From an uncultured Verrucomicrobiales bacterium (lineage in GTDB: Bacteria > Verrucomicrobiota > Verrucomicrobiia > Verrucomicrobiales > DEV007), in NCBI GenBank assembly GCA_938091905.1, contig CALKOM010000023.1, positions 77,082 through 141,081 on the forward strand: a stretch of DNA of 64,000 nucleotides. The letters are read 5' to 3'. The translations under genes and the position numbers were made by a program. Positions 57,639 through 64,000 of this stretch are shown here, piece after piece; positions within the stretch are counted from its first letter, which is position 1; every line of letters begins with the position of its first letter. The notes under the pieces are model-generated. The model did not search any database. It was not told where the DNA came from and worked only from the letters and a program-made list of their open reading frames with translations.

Positions 57639-60053
57639 CTACAAGGTCTTCAGATAGGCCGCAATGTCCGCAGCATCCTGCGCCGTCAGACCAAGTTGTG
57701 CAGGTGTCATCATGAGACTAACCTCCAGGTTCTTCTTTCTCTTCACACGCGCTTTGGGCACAGTTTGAGTCACTCCACCCATGCTTTGGATGATAACAGG
57801 GTCACCGTCATTCACGATAACGCCCTGAATGCGCAAGCCTTCTGTAGTCTCAATCTCGTGTCCATAAAAACCGTGGGCAATATCTGCACTCGGCTCCACG
57901 ATGGCTCTAAGAATCGTTTCCGTTGGTTGCGTCTTTCCCCAAGCGCTCATGTCTGGGCCGAAGTCGACTCCTAGATCGCCTATTCGATGGCAGATGACAC
58001 AACGAGCGCTTTGAATCTGGCCACGCTTGGCGTCGCCCACGAGTTTCATTGCATCAGTCAGGCTGAAAGTAGCTTCTTGAGCCTCTGGTAAGGTGATGGC
58101 AGCTAGCGTAATCTTATCAGGATCATAGATGCCCTTCGATTTAAGCAAGGGTTCAAGACCGTGCCGACTCCACGCATTGTCCTTCTTGTTCAACAACCAC
58201 CACAAAGCCGTCGAACCAATGGCTCCGTCGGTCTCCTCAGCAATCTCTAACATCGCCTCTGCCGCCTGCTTGGTCACATTATAACCGATAGCGGTAAGCG
58301 CGTCTTTCCGTGTTTTCTCAGAGAGCTTCGCCTCCAAGACTCGGCCTTTGAAGCCAGCGACACTCTGAGGTGGGTGAAGGCGCCAGGCAATCATCGCCTC
58401 CTTGTTAGACCATTTGAGGGGATCGGTGTCAGCAAGAAGCGCATCGTAGATGGAGGACTCGCTCCCCTCACATCGCATGCCCCATTTCTCAAGAGCAGCC
58501 CGATCACTGACATCGATCGAACCTACTTGGGCAATAAGCTCCTGTTGGGTCCAAGATTTCTTCGAGACTGGCGCTGGCTTCTCTCTGATAGCCAAGGCAC
58601 GCACGTGAACAGCAGGACTATCCAGTGCTACGGCGACACCTTCTTCGGTGCTCAGATCAATCTTTGGCACGACGCTCTTGAATCCCTTCGGAGCCACGCG
58701 ATAAATCGTGCCTGCCAACGTCTCATCCAGGTCGTTGTGCCCGCCAACCCGAGCATCATACCAGTCTGCGATATAGATGGCGCCGTCCGGGCCGACGGCA
58801 ATGTCAGACGGGCGAAAGAGAGTCTTGGTATCGTCTGCCCGCGCCGTGCGATCGCCACCGGTGTAGTCCGTGCCAATCACATTGCCTTCCTTATTCGTCG
58901 TGAGAAAATCGAAGCGTTTCAGTTTCCATCCCTCACCTTGTTTCTTAGGCCTGTAACCAAAGATCGTATTCCTAGCAGGCTCACAGAGCAGCAGCGTGCC
59001 CTTCCACTTCGCGCCGAGAACGCCGTCCTCATAGTAGACGATCCCAGTGGGAGCCCCACCACCATAGACGTCCCCTGCTGGCGCTACGCCCGGATCATCC
59101 TGACGCCAGCTCGAGGTGCGAATGTCCTGGCCAGGCCGGCGATCCGCTTGCCAGGAACGAGACCCATCTCGCGAGGCAAAGCCATAGTTGGCGCCTTCAA
59201 GAATTCCAAAGGTTCGGCATGCCGGTTGATCATCATTGTCCGACGCAAAGATATTTCCTGACAGCGTGACACAGTTCTCATACGAATTGCGTAAGTTGTG
59301 TGCAAGAATTTCCACATTAGTCCCATCGGGATTCATCCGCGCGATGAATCCTCCAATGTAGATCTTTCCATCATCGCTCTTCTGCCCACCAAACGAGCTC
59401 GGTTCACGATCCGCGAGATTCGGATCCTTCGGCCACCAACTACTCGTCTGACTACCCGCACCGATGCGCCACGTCTTGCCATCATTGTCTGTGAAATACG
59501 CCCCACAATTGCCGACCGAGAAGTACCATTTTCCATCAGGTCCTACGGTAATACTGTGCAGCGAGTGATCATGATTACGCCCATTAAAGCCAGTCAGAAG
59601 AACCTCTCTCGTGTCGCCTTTAGAGGCATCGAAGACAGCATCTCCATCATTGTCCGTGTAGACCACCAAGTCAGGCGCGGTTGAGACGACCACCTTATTT
59701 CCTATCACAGCCACCCCCATGGGCGATCGGAGAAACTTCTCCTGCACAAACACCCAAGACTTATCGGCCCTCCCATCGCCATCACTGTCTTCTAACACCA
59801 TGATGCGATCCCCTTCTGGCCGTCGATCAAAGTGCTTTCGATAATTGACCCCTTCTGCCACCCAAACGCGACCATATTGATCGATATCCATATTCGTCGG
59901 GTTGTAGAACATGGGCGAATGCGCCCACACCGTGACCTCATGCCCTTCGTCAGCAAGGTGGAACAGATTCGGTGGAACCGGCTCGGCCATGCTGAGAACA
60001 GGCACGAAGAGAAGCGCTATCAACACAAAGGACTCCATCCGCTGACTCGACAT
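57639..60053 (-). CDS. PVC-type heme-binding CxxCH protein with N-terminal membrane-bound-dehydrogenase-like propeller
   Basis: Signal peptide, NPTNMDIDQYGRVWVAE, LEDSDGDGRAD, FRPSDIAVGPDGAIYIADW, CVICH and SLMM. Confidence 0.88.
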   Translation of the reverse strand: MSSQRMESFVLIALLFVPVLSMAEPVPPNLFHLADEGHEVTVWAHSPMFYNPTNMDIDQYGRVWVAEGVNYRKHFDRRPEGDRIMVLEDSDGDGRADKSWVFVQEKFLRSPMGVAVIGNKVVVSTAPDLVVYTDNDGDAVFDASKGDTREVLLTGFNGRNHDHSLHSITVGPDGKWYFSVGNCGAYFTDNDGKTWRIGAGSQTSSWWPKDPNLADREPSSFGGQKSDDGKIYIGGFIARMNPDGTNVEILAHNLRNSYENCVTLSGNIFASDNDDQPACRTFGILEGANYGFASRDGSRSWQADRRPGQDIRTSSWRQDDPGVAPAGDVYGGGAPTGIVYYEDGVLGAKWKGTLLLCEPARNTIFGYRPKKQGEGWKLKRFDFLTTNKEGNVIGTDYTGGDRTARADDTKTLFRPSDIAVGPDGAIYIADWYDARVGGHNDLDETLAGTIYRVAPKGFKSVVPKIDLSTEEGVAVALDSPAVHVRALAIREKPAPVSKKSWTQQELIAQVGSIDVSDRAALEKWGMRCEGSESSIYDALLADTDPLKWSNKEAMIAWRLHPPQSVAGFKGRVLEAKLSEKTRKDALTAIGYNVTKQAAEAMLEIAEETDGAIGSTALWWLLNKKDNAWSRHGLEPLLKSKGIYDPDKITLAAITLPEAQEATFSLTDAMKLVGDAKRGQIQSARCVICHRIGDLGVDFGPDMSAWGKTQPTETILRAIVEPSADIAHGFYGHEIETTEGLRIQGVIVNDGDPVIIQSMGGVTQTVPKARVKRKKNLEVSLMMTPAQLGLTAQDAADIAAYLKTL

Positions 60054-60094
60054 GATTCACGCTTACCACATCCACACGTTGATAGGAAGCCCGA

Positions 60095-61096
60095 CTATGC
60101 AGGGCTGGCCGTTGACGCCCTGACGACAAGGCGAGAGTCTAAAACCTGGTCCGGAACGCTATCCTCGCCCGCCAGCAGAGCAAGCGTCATCTCCATGGCC
60201 TGCTGACCCAACTGGCGACGTGGTTGGTGCATCGTCGTCAAGGCCGGCGTGACGTGATTTGTCAGTTCAACATCATCATAGCCAACGATGCTGATGTCCT
60301 GTGGCACCCGAACACGGGCAGCACGGCAGGCGTTCATCAACCCGATGGCCGTCATATCATTGTAACAGAAGACTGCTGTTGCCTTCGCTTCTAGCAGTTG
60401 CTCTAGCGCCTTCTCACCACGACTTACATCATCATCTGCCAGAGGCGGGATGACCAACTTCGGATCGAGCGGCACTGAAGCGGCTCGATGCGCTTTTTCG
60501 TAGCCCTCCCGGCGAAGTCGATTCGACTTCCACCGATTCTTTGTCTCCAAGTAGGAGATCCGACGATGCCCCAGTTCCAACAAATGACGTGTAGCCACTT
60601 CACCACCGCGCACATCATCCACGGCTACCGAATGAAGGTACTTTCCCTCAGTCTGATTATTGATTAGAACGATGGGAATCTTAATGCGCTCGAACTCCTC
60701 CCCCAGGGTCAGATCACCCCAGAGCGAACTAATGATGATGGCATCGACTCGGCGTCGATAAAAGCTCTGAACCACCTCCCTCTCTCCGACTTCGCCAAAG
60801 CCACTTGTTGACAGGAAAGTGCTATAGTTTGCTGCTCGCGCGACGTTCTCGATACCTTCCACGATACGCCCAAAGAACGGATCGTTAATAGAAGTCACCA
60901 CAATGCCGACGGTCAGTGTTTTCTGCGATCGCAAGCTGAGCGCCACGGCACTAGGGACATAGCCCATTTCATCAGCCAATCGCTTAATCTTGGCCCGGGT
61001 CCCAGCATTGATCATCTCATTTCCATGCAAGGCTCGGGATACCGTTGAATGGCACACCCCTGCAATTTCTGCGATCTCCTTGATGGTTACTGGCAT
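60095..61096 (-). CDS. LacI-family transcriptional regulator
   Basis: TIKEIAEIAGVCHSTVSRAL HTH, GYVPS, CYNDMTAIG and VPQDISIVGYDD. Probable ATG at 61096. Confidence 0.95.
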   Translation of the reverse strand: MPVTIKEIAEIAGVCHSTVSRALHGNEMINAGTRAKIKRLADEMGYVPSAVALSLRSQKTLTVGIVVTSINDPFFGRIVEGIENVARAANYSTFLSTSGFGEVGEREVVQSFYRRRVDAIIISSLWGDLTLGEEFERIKIPIVLINNQTEGKYLHSVAVDDVRGGEVATRHLLELGHRRISYLETKNRWKSNRLRREGYEKAHRAASVPLDPKLVIPPLADDDVSRGEKALEQLLEAKATAVFCYNDMTAIGLMNACRAARVRVPQDISIVGYDDVELTNHVTPALTTMHQPRRQLGQQAMEMTLALLAGEDSVPDQVLDSRLVVRASTASPA

Positions 61097-61633
61097 AAGC
61101 TGTCCAAGCATAGCGCCATGAAGACTTGTCGGAAGTGAGAATCTTTAATTCGGCGGCATCGCCGTCTTTCATCACCTGCTTACAAAAACTTCAGACATCA
61201 CGCGGCAGAATCGACCAGCCTTCCGAACTCGCTCAATACTAGCACCACACAAAACAGGCTCCACTTCCTTCGCCGCCCTACAGCAATCACGCTTTCTGCC
61301 CAACCTCATGCGCGAGACAACTAGTCTTATGAGATCTAAAAGGAAAAAACTACCTGTCTACCTGACATTCTAGCGGTCGAGCCCCAAAACTAATAGTTCT
61401 CATATTTAAGTAAACCAGTGGCACCCTTCCGCTATTGATAGACTTAAGCCAGCAACCTTGGAGTTCTAGCCCTCAACCCGAGATGCATGGCCACCAGAGT
61501 GGGCGGCTATTTATAGACAAATCGCCCAACATCAATGCGTCTGCCCGAAATGGCGAAATCACTATTGATGGCAACGGGGACGGCACACCTGGATCCTCCT
61601 GCAGAGGCTATCAGTTCGCGGCAAGCCTTCAAG

Positions 61634-62992
61634 CTAGGCCCAGAGCCTTTCGCCATAGGCCCATCCCTCACGAGTAGGCTCTTTGATCCAGGCATCCATC
61701 TGCGGCTCGCCCTTCACCTTCATCGCTTCCGCGTCCCACTCAATCGTGCGCCCAGAACGCTGCGCCATAGCACCTAACAAAACGACCTCTGTCAATGGGG
61801 CCGCATATTCAAAACTAGATCCCGGGGCCTCAATCTCACCTTTGATCGCCCGATAAAACTCACCGATAGGTCCTTTGCCAAGAGCTTCCGTCCTCGGAAT
61901 CTTCGCCAGCTCAGGCTTCATTTCATCAAAGCGGGCTGTGGGGGTAAGCCGAGGGCTTACTGGACGCATACCTTCGTGAAAGAGCGTTTCTTTCGATCCC
62001 TCCATGTACATCCCGCCACCCTGAGGCAGTTCCTTGCCCGTATCCCAACGCTTTGGCTTAGGCACATCAATACCCGCCTCGTACCATTTCATGATGACCG
62101 GCGGCTTCTCACCCCGTGCAGGGAAATGATAGGTCACTAACGAACCACCCATCGGGATGAATTCGTCGTTCAATGGTGGCGTCCGAGCAATCTCAACCTT
62201 CGTCGGTAATCCCAACCCTAGCACATAGAAAGGTGCATCAAAAGTGTGGCAGCCAATGTCTCCCAGAGCCCCGCAACCATACGGCCACCAGCCACGCCAA
62301 GTCACAGGTGCATAGTGTTTGCTAAACTCACGGTGCGCAACCGGCCCCTGCCAGAGATCCCAGTCGAATCCCTCAGGCACCGGTGACTTCGGTGCAGGGA
62401 ATTCCGCAGGCGGTACAAACCACGGTTTGTTCGGGCGATTCGTCCAGGTGATGACCTCGCGCACATCACCAATCACACCAGCGTCCGTCCACTCCTTAAT
62501 TCGGCGCATACCCTCAAACGTGTGCCCTTGGTTTCCCATCTGCGTCACCACGCCATAATGCCGAGCCGCCTTCCTCAAGGTGCGCAACTGCCAAATATTG
62601 TGGGCCAGAGGTTTCTGAATGAAGACATGCTTTCCATGCTCCATCGCACACATCGCCGCCGCAAAGTGAGTGTGATCGGGCGTCGAAATGGACACCGCGT
62701 CGATCTCCTTATGCATCTTGTCCATCATCACGCGAAAATCTTTGAACTTCGGCGCCTTCTCATGATTCTTGAAAGCCTTCGCCACCCGTTTCGTGTCCAA
62801 ATCGCACATCGCCACGAGGTTCTGCTTGCTCGCCTCGCCGACGGCATAGCCACCCATACCACCACAACCGACCACGGCGCAATTGATCTTGTTGTTAGGC
62901 GACTCCCCCCCCTGCCCGATGGCAAAGGTGTGGAACGCACTAGCGCCGGCCGCAAGACCAGTTTTCTTCATGAAGTTACGACGATTATCCAT
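61634..62992 (-). CDS. Gfo/Idh/MocA family oxidoreductase, Tat-exported
   Basis: Twin-arginine NRRNFMK, VGCGGMG, STPDHTH, KHVFIQKP and GALGDIGCH. Confidence 0.93.
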   Translation of the reverse strand: MDNRRNFMKKTGLAAGASAFHTFAIGQGGESPNNKINCAVVGCGGMGGYAVGEASKQNLVAMCDLDTKRVAKAFKNHEKAPKFKDFRVMMDKMHKEIDAVSISTPDHTHFAAAMCAMEHGKHVFIQKPLAHNIWQLRTLRKAARHYGVVTQMGNQGHTFEGMRRIKEWTDAGVIGDVREVITWTNRPNKPWFVPPAEFPAPKSPVPEGFDWDLWQGPVAHREFSKHYAPVTWRGWWPYGCGALGDIGCHTFDAPFYVLGLGLPTKVEIARTPPLNDEFIPMGGSLVTYHFPARGEKPPVIMKWYEAGIDVPKPKRWDTGKELPQGGGMYMEGSKETLFHEGMRPVSPRLTPTARFDEMKPELAKIPRTEALGKGPIGEFYRAIKGEIEAPGSSFEYAAPLTEVVLLGAMAQRSGRTIEWDAEAMKVKGEPQMDAWIKEPTREGWAYGERLWA

Positions 62993-63069
62993 GCTATTAG
63001 GAAACCGCGTCTCAGCAATAGAATCAAGCAGTTGCTCAATCTGTTTGCCTGCATCACGTTAAAGGATTC

Positions 63070-63663
63070 ATGGCATTGGAGGTGTCGCAGCAGTCCCTGA
63101 AAAAGGACAAATGGGAATCACTCATTGAGAAGGCAGATCTCATCGAGCAGGACGGGTTTGGGCCAAAGGTCTTCGATCTCAAAGACGGTCGTATGCTGAA
63201 GATCTTCCGAGTAAAACGCTTCTGGTCGTCCAATCTTTGGAGCCCATTCGCCAAACGCTTTGTCCGAAATACTCGACGCCTAAGGCAACTAGGGATTCCG
63301 ACAGTCCAATGTCTCGAGCACGGAAGCATCCCGCATCTCGATCGGACCTACGTGATTTATGAACGGCTACCGGGAAGAACCCTCCGCGAGGCTTCAGATT
63401 TAGACGGCGTTTTGTTAGGTCAATTCTTCGCCCATCTTCACGATCAAGGCGTCTACTTTCGATCCTGCCACTTGGGCAACCTCCTTCTGCTTGAAGATGG
63501 AAACCTTGGCCTCATTGATGTGCTAGACATGAAGTTCAGCAACGGCGGCTTAACCACCAACGAACGCAAGCGAAACTTTCGACGTCTACGTAGCCGAACT
63601 CAGGATCACGTGCAATTGGACGCTGTCTGGGAAAACATGATGAACGCCTATCGCAAGGGCTGA
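63070..63663 (+). CDS. Kdo/WaaP-type lipopolysaccharide kinase-like protein
   Basis: LKIFR, LRQLGIPT, HLHDQGVYFRSCHLGNLL and LIDVLD kinase-like motifs. Confidence 0.75.
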   Translation: MALEVSQQSLKKDKWESLIEKADLIEQDGFGPKVFDLKDGRMLKIFRVKRFWSSNLWSPFAKRFVRNTRRLRQLGIPTVQCLEHGSIPHLDRTYVIYERLPGRTLREASDLDGVLLGQFFAHLHDQGVYFRSCHLGNLLLLEDGNLGLIDVLDMKFSNGGLTTNERKRNFRRLRSRTQDHVQLDAVWENMMNAYRKG

Positions 63664-63712
63664 TGGATCGCCCTGCCTACTCGATACTCGTCGCACGGCA
63701 TCTTCTTGTCCT

Positions 63713-64000
63713 TATTAATGCGGCCTTTAAATACAGGTAGATCTATGCCGCATATGCTATATGTCGACCATTGAAATAGTTCATGATTCGCTCTGGTTGT
63801 TTCTGGATGCTGCGCATGAACGAAATCACGTTCGCTTTTAGCTCGGCCAGGTTTCATGGCATCCGCCTGGTATTTACGTTCTTCTTGAGATCTCGGTTGA
63901 GATATTCATCGGCATTGAGCTCTGGCGAGTAGCCGGGTATGAACTCAAGTCTGAGATTGGGCTGCTCCTCTACCCAAGACTTAACCCGCTTGCCATGATG
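63713..64000 (-). mobile_element. IS630-family insertion sequence, 3' end (transposase fragment with internal stop)
   Basis: Minus-strand 64000-63743 reads HHGKRVKSWVEEQPNLRLEFIPGYSPELNADEYLNRDLK...MP*NLAELKANV...YFNGRHIAYAA*. This has the IS630-type PxYSPELNxxE motif, an in-frame TGA at 63854-56, and a probable terminus ...gccgcattaaTA. Confidence 0.85.

Overview
Bacterial chromosomal DNA, most likely from a Verrucomicrobiota (PVC-superphylum) organism. That assignment is an inference from PVC-typical families: a PVC-type CxxCH heme protein, a prepilin-like protein and secreted proteins with a DxDGDG...GTDP C-terminal module. Housekeeping genes include dinB, ybeY, an HD phosphohydrolase, radC, frr, pyrH, rpmH-rnpA-yidD-yidC-jag, bioF, ispF, clpS and ilvD. 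The two strongest poorly characterised modules are (i) an NfeD/YqiJ-like + flotillin + ~1670-aa coiled-coil AAA+ ATPase operon with no pspA beside it, and (ii) a large secreted Ig/beta-helix protein followed by at least three tandem phage tail-collar genes outside any prophage. Several features are not represented in the ORF track: a third tail-collar gene at the left edge, a decayed tctBA locus, a decayed RraA-family gene, a TMEM43-family gene frameshifted by a 14-bp tandem duplication, an exact Rex-box match upstream of a polyprenyl synthase, a GTAG-type REP pair, a hairpin-dense intergenic region and an IS630 remnant at the right edge. The RraA-family pseudogene has its DGDG codons expanded to 18 units and carries a perfect 17-bp palindrome. 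I found no rRNA, tRNA or CRISPR array. All family calls come from motif recognition by eye; no searches were run.
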